NCBI RefSeq assembly: GCF_044647545.1
Contig: NZ_CP172818.1
Origin: Escherichia coli
Lineage (GTDB): Bacteria; Pseudomonadota; Gammaproteobacteria; Enterobacterales; Enterobacteriaceae
DNA: 64,000 nt
Reading direction: 5' to 3' (one strand)
How positions within the stretch are numbered: the first letter of the stretch is position 1; every line of letters begins with the position of its first letter. The translations under genes and the position numbers were made by a program. The notes below the pieces were generated by a model that was given only the letters and a program-made list of their open reading frames with translations, was not told the origin of the DNA and made no database searches. Positions 40,446 to 51,106 of the stretch are shown here, one piece after another.

Positions 40446-42947
40446 TTACAGTTCCAGTTCATGTTGCAGCAGGCTGGCGATAGCGTCGGCAGAGGCGGCG
40501 TTAACCAGCGCGTTACGGAATTCTTCGTGCATGATGCGACGAGCGAGGCGCGAGAAAATGCGCATGTGCTGATCGCCCGCAGCGTGTTTGTTCAGGGTTA
40601 ACATAATGATGAATTGCGCTTCATCATCGCCCCAGCGCACCGGCGCTGCCAGACGCGCCACGCTGATGGTGGATTGCTCAATGTGTTCTGATTTGCTGTG
40701 GGGAATGGCAAAACTAAAGCCCAGACCGGTAGAGAAAACGGCCTCGCGCGCCCACAAGTCGGCTTCCAGTTTACGCGGATAGCGACAGCGGCCCGCCAGC
40801 AGCAGGTTATCGGTCATGCCTTTGAGCACTTCTTCTTTGCTGCGCCAGTCGCTTTCCAGTGTGATGCACTCGGCGGTGACCAGCGGGGCGTCCTGTTGGG
40901 TCATGCGGAATTGCGCCAGCAGGTGTTCCACTTCTAGCGAAGTACGGCAGGCCATTGCCTGGTTGAGCAACTGGCGGCACTCACGGCTATCAAGTTGCGC
41001 CATTCGCGCTTTCGCCGCCGGAATTGACGGTGCGCTCATGCTCAGCTCATCCAGCCCTAAACCGACCAGCAATGGCAGCACGGAACCTTTCGCTCCCAGT
41101 TCACCGCACAGACCAATCCATTTGCCCTGGCGATGCACCGCCTGCACGGCGTAATCGAGCGCCCGCAAGAATGCTGGATTCAGGCTGTTATAGTGACGAG
41201 TAACCTTAGCGTTATCGCGATCCACTGCTAGCAGATATTGCGTCAGGTCATTACTACCGATACTAAAGAAATCAATCTCTTCGCAGCATTGATCGATGAT
41301 GAACATCACCGACGGCACTTCCAGCATGATGCCGAGCTGGATCTTCTCATCAAACGGAATGTGTTCGTTACGCAGTTGCTGTTTGGCTTCCGCCAGTTTT
41401 TCTTTTACCCATAAGATCTCTTCCATTGAAGAGATCATCGGGATCATAATTTTCAGGCTGCCGTGAGCGGAGGCACGGAGAATCGACCGTAGTTGTGTGG
41501 TAAATAACGACGCGTACTCTTCATAAATACGCACGGCGCGATAACCGAGGAACGGGTTTGCCTCTGCGGGAATGTTCAGATAATCAACGGGTTTGTCACC
41601 GCCAATATCCATAGTGCGCACAATAATGCTGCGTCCGTTGGCGGACTCCAGCGCCTGACAAAAAATGTTGTACAGCTCGCTTTCGCCCGGTGCACTGGTG
41701 CGATCCATATAGAGCATTTCAGTGCGGAATAAACCAACGCCTTCCGCACCATTGCCGAATGCGGCCTGCGCTTCCACGGAGTGAGCGATGTTAGCAGCAA
41801 TTTCAATGCGGATACCGTCAGCAGTACGGGCTTGTTGGGTCAGCCAGACACGCTGTTGCTCACGCAGAGCGTCCTGTACGCGGGCTTCTTGCTGATAATA
41901 ACGGGCCACGGATTCCCCTGGCTCAACCACAATCGCCCCTGCGTTGCCGTCGATATAAATCGTTTGATGCTGCCACGGAGTGAGGGCATCAATATCCACA
42001 CCAACCAGCGTCGGAATGTTGAACGAACGGGCAAGGATCACCGTATGTGAGGTGGTGCCGCCGCTTTTGAGCAACAATCCTTTGAGGTGATTTTTATCCA
42101 GTTCGAGGAACTGGCTGGGGGTCAGTTCATCAGCCATACAAATGGCGGGCTGCGTCAGTTTGCCCGGTGCCGGGAAGCGTTGCTCACCGTAGATTTGCTG
42201 GAGTAACTGGAAGCAGACGTCGCGTACGTCCAGGGCACGTTCTTGCAGGTAGCTGCTGCTGGAACGGGCGAACTCTTCGCAGAAGTGGTGTGCACTGGCA
42301 ACAATCGCTTCGGCACAGCTTAATCCGGCGCTGACACCTGCCAGTAAATGTTCGCGCAGGGAAGTATCGCCAGCCAGGGATCGGTGCGCTTCCAGAATCG
42401 CGCTGGTAGCACCGTCGCTATCCAGCAGACGAAACTCTATGTTTTTCAGTACCAGCGTCAGACCGTTTTCCAGTGCGGATTGTTCGGCGTCAACGCCTTT
42501 GGCTGCGGGAAGATTACCCAGCGCATTGAGATCTAAAGAAGAGATCGGCGTCAGAATGCCGCCTGCGCTACCGCTGCACACGGTGCGGGCACGGATAATT
42601 TGCGGATTCAGATTGGTCAGTGAAACCGGCAGTGGTTCCAGTTCGTCAGATTTTACTTCCGCCAGCGGTGCGTCGCAGTGGGGGAATTCATCGCGCAGCC
42701 ATTGGCTTAAACGCTGGTGCGCTTCCTGTTCGTCGGCCCCGGAAATCAGTAACTGGCAGTTATCGCCCACCAGCGTATCGGTGCCAATCAGCGCAAGGGC
42801 GCTTTTGGCGTTGCCCTTGCGGTCAGTGCGCAGGTTATGCCACTCAATTTGTGATGAAAAAGTATTACACAGCGTTTCAACGTGGCTTGCCGGACGCGCA
42901 TGGACGCCGTTAGGTAGCTCACAAATAAATTCCACAATCAGGGCCAT
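40446..42947 (-). CDS. ptsA: multiphosphoryl transfer protein PtsA/FrwA (EI-like, HPr-like and EIIA-like domains)
   Basis: 833-aa [33 protein letters not shown]... carrying HPr-like N-terminus and PEP-utilizing enzyme region. Confidence 0.93.
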   Translation of the reverse strand: MALIVEFICELPNGVHARPASHVETLCNTFSSQIEWHNLRTDRKGNAKSALALIGTDTLVGDNCQLLISGADEQEAHQRLSQWLRDEFPHCDAPLAEVKSDELEPLPVSLTNLNPQIIRARTVCSGSAGGILTPISSLDLNALGNLPAAKGVDAEQSALENGLTLVLKNIEFRLLDSDGATSAILEAHRSLAGDTSLREHLLAGVSAGLSCAEAIVASAHHFCEEFARSSSSYLQERALDVRDVCFQLLQQIYGEQRFPAPGKLTQPAICMADELTPSQFLELDKNHLKGLLLKSGGTTSHTVILARSFNIPTLVGVDIDALTPWQHQTIYIDGNAGAIVVEPGESVARYYQQEARVQDALREQQRVWLTQQARTADGIRIEIAANIAHSVEAQAAFGNGAEGVGLFRTEMLYMDRTSAPGESELYNIFCQALESANGRSIIVRTMDIGGDKPVDYLNIPAEANPFLGYRAVRIYEEYASLFTTQLRSILRASAHGSLKIMIPMISSMEEILWVKEKLAEAKQQLRNEHIPFDEKIQLGIMLEVPSVMFIIDQCCEEIDFFSIGSNDLTQYLLAVDRDNAKVTRHYNSLNPAFLRALDYAVQAVHRQGKWIGLCGELGAKGSVLPLLVGLGLDELSMSAPSIPAAKARMAQLDSRECRQLLNQAMACRTSLEVEHLLAQFRMTQQDAPLVTAECITLESDWRSKEEVLKGMTDNLLLAGRCRYPRKLEADLWAREAVFSTGLGFSFAIPHSKSEHIEQSTISVARLAAPVRWGDDEAQFIIMLTLNKHAAGDQHMRIFSRLARRIMHEEFRNALVNAASADAIASLLQHELEL

Positions 42948-43255
42948 TGCCTTTCTCCCGGTACGGTTTTCTGTTTACAGGATAAGAGCGCACGGCAACG
43001 GCCTACCATGTGACAAATCTGCCAAAAGCTGGACAAATGTAATGTAACCGTCAATTTGCGACGCGTCTCACAAGACGCCGTTTTGCGGTGTACTTCCGGA
43101 TTATCGCAAGTTATGAGGCGGATCGCATTTTTGTACTGATATTACAAAAGTCCAGTAAATGGCCTTTTTATCCACTGTTTGCTCCGCCTGCGATTGCCTA
43201 TTGTTTCTTCCATCAAAAATATGGACATGGGCTTTCGCAAGCCCGGGAGCAGCTT

Positions 43256-44335
43256 ATGAATGAGTTGGTGCAGATCCTGAAAAATACTCGTCAGCATTTA
43301 ATGACGGGCGTTTCACACATGATTCCCTTCGTGGTATCGGGCGGTATTTTGCTGGCGGTTTCCGTCATGTTGTATGGCAAAGGCGCAGTGCCGGATGCCG
43401 TCGCCGATCCGAATCTGAAAAAACTGTTTGATATCGGCGTTGCAGGTTTGACGCTGATGGTGCCTTTCCTCGCCGCTTACATCGGTTATTCCATTGCAGA
43501 GCGTTCTGCGCTGGCTCCGTGCGCTATCGGTGCCTGGGTTGGTAACAGCTTTGGTGCGGGCTTCTTTGGTGCACTGATCGCCGGGATTATCGGCGGCATC
43601 GTGGTGCATTACCTGAAGAAAATTCCGGTGCATAAAGTTCTGCGCTCGGTGATGCCCATCTTCATCATTCCGATCGTCGGCACACTGATTACCGCAGGCA
43701 TCATGATGTGGGGTCTGGGCGAGCCTGTAGGGGCGTTGACCAACAGCCTGACTCAGTGGCTTCAGGGGATGCAGCAGGGCAGCATTGTTATGCTGGCGGT
43801 GATCATGGGTCTGATGCTGGCGTTCGATATGGGTGGTCCGGTTAACAAAGTGGCCTATGCCTTCATGCTGATTTGCGTTGCTCAGGGTGTATATACCGTG
43901 GTGGCCATTGCTGCCGTGGGTATTTGTATCCCGCCGCTGGGGATGGGGTTGGCGACGCTGATTGGTCGTAAAAATTTCTCCGCAGAAGAGCGCGAAACCG
44001 GCAAAGCGGCGCTGGTGATGGGGTGCGTTGGGGTTACTGAAGGGGCGATTCCTTTCGCCGCTGCCGATCCGTTACGTGTCATTCCTTCCATCATGGTCGG
44101 TTCTGTTTGTGGTGCGGTAACTGCGGCACTGGTCGGTGCACAGTGCTATGCAGGCTGGGGTGGTCTGATTGTGCTGCCGGTGGTTGAAGGCAAGCTGGGT
44201 TATATCGCAGCAGTGGCTGTCGGAGCAGTGGTGACGGCTGTTTGTGTGAACGTGCTGAAAAGTCTGGCGCGTAAAAATGGGTCTTCGACTGATGAAAAAG
44301 AAGACGACCTGGATTTGGATTTTGAAATTAATTAA
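43256..44335 (+). CDS. frwC: fructose-like PTS permease EIIC component
   Basis: ORF 43088..44335; start at ATG 43256 (MNELVQILKNTRQHLMTGVSHMIPFVVSGGILLAV...) gives 359 aa. Confidence 0.93.
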   Translation: MNELVQILKNTRQHLMTGVSHMIPFVVSGGILLAVSVMLYGKGAVPDAVADPNLKKLFDIGVAGLTLMVPFLAAYIGYSIAERSALAPCAIGAWVGNSFGAGFFGALIAGIIGGIVVHYLKKIPVHKVLRSVMPIFIIPIVGTLITAGIMMWGLGEPVGALTNSLTQWLQGMQQGSIVMLAVIMGLMLAFDMGGPVNKVAYAFMLICVAQGVYTVVAIAAVGICIPPLGMGLATLIGRKNFSAEERETGKAALVMGCVGVTEGAIPFAAADPLRVIPSIMVGSVCGAVTAALVGAQCYAGWGGLIVLPVVEGKLGYIAAVAVGAVVTAVCVNVLKSLARKNGSSTDEKEDDLDLDFEIN

Positions 44336-44349
44336 TTGAGGAACGAGCC

Positions 44350-44670
44350 ATGACGAAAATTATTGCAGTAACCGCGTGTCCATCTGGTGTTGCCCATACC
44401 TATATGGCGGCAGAGGCGCTGGAAAGTGCCGCGAAAGCGAAAGGCTGGGAAGTGAAAGTAGAAACCCAGGGCTCGATTGGTCTGGAAAATGAACTGACTG
44501 CGGAAGACGTGGCGAGCGCCGATATGGTGATTCTGACCAAAGATATCGGCATCAAGTTTGAAGAGCGTTTTGCTGGCAAGACCATCGTGCGCGTCAACAT
44601 CAGCGACGCGGTAAAACGCGCTGATGCCATTATGAGCAAAATTGAAGCTCACCTGGCACAAACCGCTTAA
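44350..44670 (+). CDS. frwB: fructose-like PTS EIIB component
   Basis: 106-aa ORF MTKIIAVTACPSGVAHTYMAAEALESAAKAKGWEVKVETQGS... Confidence 0.94.
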   Translation: MTKIIAVTACPSGVAHTYMAAEALESAAKAKGWEVKVETQGSIGLENELTAEDVASADMVILTKDIGIKFEERFAGKTIVRVNISDAVKRADAIMSKIEAHLAQTA

Positions 44671-44678
44671 GTTCTTAT

Positions 44679-44696
44679 CCCGCCCGTAAGGGCGGG
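44679..44696 (+). terminator. hairpin after frwB (possible attenuator/terminator, weak T-run)
   Basis: cccgccc-gtaa-gggcggg followed by ttcgctttccc. Confidence 0.35.
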
Positions 44697-44720
44697 TTCG
44701 CTTTCCCACAGGAGTTCCTC

Positions 44721-47018
44721 ATGACGAATCGTATCTCTCGCCTCAAAACTGCACTGTTTGCCAATACCCGTGAAATCTCGCTGGAGCGGGCGCTGCTTTA
44801 TACCGCCAGCCATCGGCAAACCGAAGGCGAACCGGTGATATTGCGCCGGGCGAAAGCAACAGCGTATATCCTTGAACATGTTGAAATTTCGATTCGTGAT
44901 GAAGAACTGATTGCCGGTAACCGCACCGTAAAACCACGCGCCGGGATTATGTCGCCGGAAATGGACCCTTACTGGCTGCTGAAAGAGCTGGATCAATTCC
45001 CGACGCGTCCGCAGGACCGCTTTGCTATCAGCGAAGAAGATAAACGTATCTACCGCGAAGAGTTGTTCCCGTACTGGGAAAAACGTTCGATGAAAGATTT
45101 CATTAACGGGCAGATGACGGATGAAGTAAAAGCCGCGACCAGCACGCAGATTTTCAGCATCAACCAGACGGATAAAGGCCAGGGGCACATTATTATTGAT
45201 TACCCGCGCCTGCTGAATCACGGGCTGGGTGAGCTGGTAGCGCAAATGCAGCAACATTGTCAGCAACAGCCGGAGAATCACTTTTATCAGGCCGCGTTGT
45301 TACTGCTGGAAGCCTCGCAGAAACACATTTTGCGTTACGCCGAACTGGCGGAAACGATGGCGGCAAACTGCACAGATGCCCAGCGTCGCGAAGAGCTGCT
45401 GACTATTGCGGAGATCTCCCGCCATAACGCGCAACATAAGCCGCAGACGTTCTGGCAGGCGTGCCAGTTATTCTGGTACATGAACATCATTCTGCAATAC
45501 GAATCCAACGCCAGTTCGCTGTCTTTAGGGCGCTTCGACCAGTATATGTTGCCGTTCTATCAGGCATCTTTAACCCTGGGCGAAGATCCGGCGTTCCTGA
45601 AAGAACTGCTCGAATCTTTATGGGTGAAATGCAACGACATCGTGCTGTTGCGCTCCACCAGCAGCGCGCGTTATTTCGCCGGTTTCCCGACCGGCTATAC
45701 CGCACTGCTCGGCGGTTTAACCGAGAATGGACGTAGCGCGGTGAACGTGCTTTCGTTCCTCTGCCTCGATGCTTATCAAAGCGTGCAATTACCGCAACCG
45801 AACCTCGGCGTGCGCACTAACGCCTTGATCGACACGCCGTTCCTGATGAAAACCGCAGAAACCATTCGCCTCGGCACCGGTATTCCGCAAATCTTTAACG
45901 ATGAAGTGGTAGTGCCAGCGTTCCTCAACCGTGGCGTTTCGCTGGAAGATGCGCGCGACTATTCCGTAGTGGGCTGTGTGGAATTATCTATTCCCGGCAG
46001 AACCTACGGTCTGCATGACATTGCGATGTTTAACTTGCTGAAAGTGATGGAAATCTGCCTGCATGAAAATGAAGGCAATGCTGCGCTGACTTATGAAGGT
46101 TTACTGGAGCAGATCCGCGCCAAGATCAGCCACTACATCACCCTGATGGTTGAGGGCAGCAATATTTGTGATATCGGCCATCGCGACTGGGCACCTGTAC
46201 CGCTACTCTCGTCTTTTATCAGCGATTGTCTGGAAAAAGGCCGCGATATTACCGATGGCGGTGCGCGTTATAACTTCTCCGGCGTACAGGGGATCGGTAT
46301 CGCCAACCTGAGCGATTCTCTCCATGCGTTGAAAGGTATGGTTTTTGAGCAACAGCGTTTAAGTTTTGACGAATTGCTGTCGGTATTAAAAGCCAACTTC
46401 GCAACGCCAGAAGGCGAAAAAGTCCGTGCTCGCTTAATTAACCGCTTCGAGAAATACGGTAACGATATCGACGAGGTGGATAACATCAGCGCCGAACTGT
46501 TGCGCCACTACTGCAAAGAAGTGGAAAAATACCAGAACCCGCGCGGCGGTTACTTCACGCCGGGATCGTATACCGTTTCTGCTCACGTCCCGTTGGGATC
46601 GGTGGTTGGCGCGACGCCAGACGGTCGTTTTGCCGGAGAACAGCTGGCAGACGGCGGCTTGTCACCCATGCTGGGCCAGGACGCACAAGGGCCAACGGCG
46701 GTACTGAAGTCAGTCAGTAAGCTCGATAATACGCTGCTGTCTAACGGTACGTTGCTGAACGTGAAATTCACTCCGGCGACCCTGGAAGGTGAAGCGGGAT
46801 TACGCAAACTGGCCGACTTCTTACGGGCGTTTACCCAGCTTAAGTTGCAGCATATTCAGTTTAACGTGGTGAACGCCGACACGTTGCGGGAAGCGCAACA
46901 GCGCCCACAAGATTATGCCGGGCTGGTGGTGCGCGTTGCCGGATACAGCGCCTTCTTTGTCGAATTGTCGAAGGAGATCCAGGATGACATCATCCGCCGG
47001 ACAGCGCATCAGCTGTAA
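44721..47018 (+). CDS. pflD: glycyl-radical enzyme (pyruvate formate-lyase paralogue) PflD
   Basis: 765-aa ORF MTNRISRLKTALFANTREISLERALLYTASHRQTEGEPVI...; C-terminal glycyl-radical motif region RVAGYSAFF. Confidence 0.95.
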   Translation: MTNRISRLKTALFANTREISLERALLYTASHRQTEGEPVILRRAKATAYILEHVEISIRDEELIAGNRTVKPRAGIMSPEMDPYWLLKELDQFPTRPQDRFAISEEDKRIYREELFPYWEKRSMKDFINGQMTDEVKAATSTQIFSINQTDKGQGHIIIDYPRLLNHGLGELVAQMQQHCQQQPENHFYQAALLLLEASQKHILRYAELAETMAANCTDAQRREELLTIAEISRHNAQHKPQTFWQACQLFWYMNIILQYESNASSLSLGRFDQYMLPFYQASLTLGEDPAFLKELLESLWVKCNDIVLLRSTSSARYFAGFPTGYTALLGGLTENGRSAVNVLSFLCLDAYQSVQLPQPNLGVRTNALIDTPFLMKTAETIRLGTGIPQIFNDEVVVPAFLNRGVSLEDARDYSVVGCVELSIPGRTYGLHDIAMFNLLKVMEICLHENEGNAALTYEGLLEQIRAKISHYITLMVEGSNICDIGHRDWAPVPLLSSFISDCLEKGRDITDGGARYNFSGVQGIGIANLSDSLHALKGMVFEQQRLSFDELLSVLKANFATPEGEKVRARLINRFEKYGNDIDEVDNISAELLRHYCKEVEKYQNPRGGYFTPGSYTVSAHVPLGSVVGATPDGRFAGEQLADGGLSPMLGQDAQGPTAVLKSVSKLDNTLLSNGTLLNVKFTPATLEGEAGLRKLADFLRAFTQLKLQHIQFNVVNADTLREAQQRPQDYAGLVVRVAGYSAFFVELSKEIQDDIIRRTAHQL

Positions 47019-47862
47019 CGTTGTGGAAACGCGCCGCGATGATGTGGCGCGCATTTTCAACATTCAGCGTTATTCACTGAATGACGGCGAGGGCATTCGT
47101 ACGGTGGTCTTTTTTAAAGGCTGTCCGCATCTTTGCCCGTGGTGTGCTAATCCGGAGTCGATCTCCGGCAAAATCCAGACTGTACGCAGAGAGGCGAAAT
47201 GTCTGCACTGTGCGAAATGTTTGCGTGATGCGGATGAATGCCCCTCCGGTGCGTTTGAACGGATTGGTCGCGATATCAGCCTTGACGCTCTGGAACGGGA
47301 AGTGATGAAAGATGACATTTTCTTTCGCACGTCCGGCGGCGGCGTCACGCTTTCTGGCGGCGAAGTGTTAATGCAGGCGGAGTTTGCTACCCGTTTTTTA
47401 CAGCGGCTGCGGTTGTGGGGCGTGTCATGCGCCATTGAAACCGCCGGAGACGCGCCAGCCAGCAAGCTGTTACCGCTGGCGAAATTGTGCGATGAAGTGT
47501 TGTTCGATTTAAAAATTATGGACGCGACTCAGGCGCGGGATGTGGTGAAGATGAACCTGCCACGCGTGCTGGAGAATCTGCGTTTGCTGGTGAGTGAGGG
47601 CGTCAACGTGATCCCGCGTTTACCGCTGATCCCTGGTTTCACGCTCAGCCGGGAGAATATGCAGCAGGCGCTGGACGTGCTGATCCCGCTGAATATCAGG
47701 CAGATCCATCTGTTACCGTTTCATCAGTACGGCGAACCGAAATACCGCCTGCTGGGGAAAACATGGTCGATGAAAGAGGTGTCTGCGCCGTCGTCAGCCG
47801 ATGTGACAACGATGCGCGAAATGGCAGAACGGGCCGGATTTCAGGTTACCGTGGGAGGTTAA
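46984..47862 (+). CDS. pflC: glycyl-radical enzyme activating protein (radical SAM) PflC
   Basis: ORF 46915..47862; start at ATG 46984 (MTSSAGQRISCNVVETRRDDVARIFNIQRYSLNDGEGIRTVVFFKGCPHLCPWC...) gives 292 aa; overlaps pflD end. Confidence 0.93.
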   Translation: MTSSAGQRISCNVVETRRDDVARIFNIQRYSLNDGEGIRTVVFFKGCPHLCPWCANPESISGKIQTVRREAKCLHCAKCLRDADECPSGAFERIGRDISLDALEREVMKDDIFFRTSGGGVTLSGGEVLMQAEFATRFLQRLRLWGVSCAIETAGDAPASKLLPLAKLCDEVLFDLKIMDATQARDVVKMNLPRVLENLRLLVSEGVNVIPRLPLIPGFTLSRENMQQALDVLIPLNIRQIHLLPFHQYGEPKYRLLGKTWSMKEVSAPSSADVTTMREMAERAGFQVTVGG

Positions 47863-47863
47863 A

Positions 47864-48205
47864 ATGGCATACCTGGTGGCAGTAACCGCCTGCGTAAGCG
47901 GCGTGGCGCATACTTATATGGCGGCGGAACGGCTGGAAAAGTTGTGCCAGTTAGAGAAGTGGGGCGTCAGCATTGAAACTCAGGGCGCGCTGGGAACGGA
48001 GAATCGTTTAGCGGACGAGGATATCCGTCGGGCGGATGTTGCTCTGTTGATTACGGATATCGAGCTTGCCGGTGCCGAGCGATTTGAACATTGCCGCTAC
48101 GTGCAATGCAGCATCTACGCTTTCCTGCGTGAGCCGCAGCGGGTGATGAGCGCGGTACGCAAAGTGCTTTCTGCGCCGCAGCAAATCCATCTTATTCTGG
48201 AGTAG
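47864..48205 (+). CDS. frwD: fructose-like PTS EIIB component 2
   Basis: 113-aa ORF MAYLVAVTACVSGVAHTYMAAERLEKLCQLEKWGVSIETQGALG... Confidence 0.94.
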   Translation: MAYLVAVTACVSGVAHTYMAAERLEKLCQLEKWGVSIETQGALGTENRLADEDIRRADVALLITDIELAGAERFEHCRYVQCSIYAFLREPQRVMSAVRKVLSAPQQIHLILE

Positions 48206-49043
48206 TCGGTTTTTCTGTCAGTTGGCTGTGGTACTGCCGACGATATTCCGACGGTGAGCGTTCGGTATTTTTACGAAACAGACGGCAGAAGTAGTTGCTG
48301 TCGACAAAGCCGCAGGCGTGCGCCACTTCTTTTACCTTCAGGTCATAGCCTTTCAATAACGTCTTAGCGTGCTCCAGTCGCGTGTGATTCAGGTATTCGT
48401 TAAAACCAATGGCCCCCGTTTTTTGAAACAGGTGCGAGAGGTAATTTGGCGAAATATAGAATGCCTGTGCGACAGATTCGCGGGTAAGCGCGGAGGCATA
48501 GCGTTCGTCGATATAATCGCGAATAGCTTCGAATAGAGCCTGGCTACGTGAGGCGGTCTGGATTTGGCTGCCGAGCAAATCGCGGCAGTGGCTAAGCAGG
48601 CTGGCGACGATAAGCCTTGCCGTTTGCTGCTCCTGCGACTGCATTTGCATTTCATTGAGCGTTTGTAGCAGAAAAGAACCTATGCGTGGGCCGCGTCGGG
48701 CGACGTGTTGCTTCGCCAGATTTTGATATTGTTTGCCATCCCATTGCACGACGCTGAAGCCGAGTTGCTGTTTGCCAAACAGCACGCTAAAGGTCGTGGC
48801 GGGGGCTTGCCATTGTGGAAAATTCCAGCCACCAGCGGGAACGTACAGCACATCGCCGGGAACTAACGTTGCTCCAGCGCCGGTATCAACAAACTCACCT
48901 TCCAGCACAATTTCCAGTCGTGGAAAATCGACCTGATACGCAAGATCGGGCACCGGGCCGTTGCTGCTGGCAAAGTAAATCTGGCGCAGGGACAGCGGGC
49001 CGTTGATCAGGCGGGAGAGCAGATAGCTGACGTCGTGATACAT
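48192..49043 (-). CDS. yijO: AraC-family transcriptional regulator YijO
   Basis: 283-aa ORF MYHDVSYLLSRLINGPLSLRQIYFASSNGP... with C-terminal AraC-type HTH; 14-bp convergent overlap with frwD. Confidence 0.9.
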   Translation of the reverse strand: MYHDVSYLLSRLINGPLSLRQIYFASSNGPVPDLAYQVDFPRLEIVLEGEFVDTGAGATLVPGDVLYVPAGGWNFPQWQAPATTFSVLFGKQQLGFSVVQWDGKQYQNLAKQHVARRGPRIGSFLLQTLNEMQMQSQEQQTARLIVASLLSHCRDLLGSQIQTASRSQALFEAIRDYIDERYASALTRESVAQAFYISPNYLSHLFQKTGAIGFNEYLNHTRLEHAKTLLKGYDLKVKEVAHACGFVDSNYFCRLFRKNTERSPSEYRRQYHSQLTEKPTTPE

Positions 49044-49190
49044 GTTATTCCCTTAGCTATGTAGACGGGAAAACAGTAACTGGCATTATGAAAAAAGGCC
49101 ACCTGAAAAGTGTGGCCTGAGGGGAGTGCGATGTAAACATTGCGGCAGATCGCATCCGGCAAATAGCGCCAGACGCGATACAAAGGTCAT

Positions 49191-50924
49191 TTACTGATTA
49201 CCTACCTGATCGCCATACGGCAGAGTGTCGTAATCGATCAGCGCATTTTTCTTGTACGGATTACCAATCCAGCGGGTGGTTTCTTTGAACTGCGGGTTCA
49301 CCACTGAACGGGTTGGATCGTAACCGTCGTAAGATAAGCCCGCCAAATCTGACCAGGTGTGGATCAGTTCCGCAAGGCTGTATTTACGATCAACATCCTG
49401 CGAGAAATCACGCGGATGAGTCGCTTGCCATTTTTCTGACGTCCACAGCAGGAACGGAATGGTGTACATATGACGCGTCGGGTTGTCCTCATTACGCCCC
49501 TGGGTTTTATGCGGCGGCGTGTCGTAAACCTCTTCACCGTGGTCAGAGAAGTAAACCAGGAATCCGTTCGGGTCTGCCGCTTTAAAGTCTTTAATCAGGC
49601 TGGCAACCACATGATCGTTATACAGGTTAGCGTTGTCATAATCGTTATATGACTCCAGCTCTTCCGCGTTTAACCCCGGCGGGACATGATCGGTATTGCC
49701 ATCAAACTTGCCCTGATTTTCCGGGTAGCGGTATTTGTATTTGATATGCGTACCCAGCAGATGAACGATGATCAGTTTCTTCGGTGCCGGGTCCTTCAGC
49801 ACTTCCTGGAACGGCTTCAGCACGTTGGTGTCGTATTCACGCGCACTCTGCGTACGTTGCTGGTTCATGTAGTACTGCTTGTCGGTCTGGCGCGAAAATA
49901 CCGTCAGCATGGTATTGCGGGCGGTCATCGTCTGCTGGTTGGTGATCCAGAAGGTTTTATACCCCGCCTGTTTCATCATGTTCATCAGCGACGGCTGTGT
50001 CAGGTACAGGTCCGGGTTCTTTTCATTGGCAAAGGTCAGCGCCTGTTGCAGGATTTCAATGGTGTACGGACGAGACGTAACCACGTTATTAAACACGGTC
50101 AGATTCGGATCGGTTTTATGCAGTGCATCCAGCTCCGGCGTGGTTTCACGCGGATAACCGTACAGACTCATGCGGCCACGCTGGGTCGACTCGCCAATCA
50201 CCAGCACTAAAGTGCGCGGTTCGTTACCCGATTCATCTTTGAAATTCGCCAGCGGCGGCAAGGCATTATTTTCATTCAGTAGCTTTGTTAGCGAGTTTAG
50301 TTGCTGACGATACTGATAATAGCCGGTCAGGAATTGCCACGGTGCGGCAGGCTCCATACGCGATGCCAGGTTATCCAACGCTTTCTCAAATGGCTTGTTT
50401 TTGATAAACGTATTCATGGCGATCGGATGCAGAATCAAGCCATAAAGTAGGGCAAAAGAGACAACATAACGCCACGGCTTTGGAATATAGACCGGGCGCA
50501 GGCGTGTCCACAGCAGAACTGCCACCGCCGTATAGGCCAGCGCGATAAGCACAATTTTCAGGCTGAAATACTGGCTTAAATACTCGCTGGCTTCGTTGGT
50601 GTTGGTTTCAAACATCACAAACAGAACGCTCTGCGAGAACTCCTGACCGTAGATGACGTAGTAGCACAGCGCCGCCAGAGAGGCCGCCCATAGCACCACG
50701 CCGATCACTGCGGCAATAATTTTAATCCGCTTCGGAAAGAGGAATGCCGGGATCAACCACAGCGAACTGAATAACAGCGAGTCGCGAATGCCGTTAGTGC
50801 CACTATAACCACTGATGTAAATAATGGCCTGTAGCAGAGTAGAGAAAAACCAAAAGTAGAGCAGTGCCCAACCCAAGGCTTTCCAGCTAAAAAGGGGTTT
50901 AGCCTGGACTTCTGTGGAATGCAT
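49191..50924 (-). CDS. eptC: phosphoethanolamine transferase EptC (LPS core modification)
   Basis: ORF 49191..50969; start at ATG 50924 (MHSTEVQAKPLFSWKALGWALLYFWFFSTLLQ...) gives 577 aa. Confidence 0.94.
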   Translation of the reverse strand: MHSTEVQAKPLFSWKALGWALLYFWFFSTLLQAIIYISGYSGTNGIRDSLLFSSLWLIPAFLFPKRIKIIAAVIGVVLWAASLAALCYYVIYGQEFSQSVLFVMFETNTNEASEYLSQYFSLKIVLIALAYTAVAVLLWTRLRPVYIPKPWRYVVSFALLYGLILHPIAMNTFIKNKPFEKALDNLASRMEPAAPWQFLTGYYQYRQQLNSLTKLLNENNALPPLANFKDESGNEPRTLVLVIGESTQRGRMSLYGYPRETTPELDALHKTDPNLTVFNNVVTSRPYTIEILQQALTFANEKNPDLYLTQPSLMNMMKQAGYKTFWITNQQTMTARNTMLTVFSRQTDKQYYMNQQRTQSAREYDTNVLKPFQEVLKDPAPKKLIIVHLLGTHIKYKYRYPENQGKFDGNTDHVPPGLNAEELESYNDYDNANLYNDHVVASLIKDFKAADPNGFLVYFSDHGEEVYDTPPHKTQGRNEDNPTRHMYTIPFLLWTSEKWQATHPRDFSQDVDRKYSLAELIHTWSDLAGLSYDGYDPTRSVVNPQFKETTRWIGNPYKKNALIDYDTLPYGDQVGNQ

Positions 50925-51106
50925 AGTAAGAACCTGTCTTGAAAAAAATATCGCCGAATGTAACGACAATTCCTTAAGGATATCTGAAGGTGTATTCAGA
51001 ATTTGAATAAAATGCAGACAGAAATATATTGAAAACGAAGGTGTTAGAACAGAAGTATTTCAGAAAACCCTCGCGCAAAAGCACGAGGGTTTGCAGGAGA
51101 GGAAGA

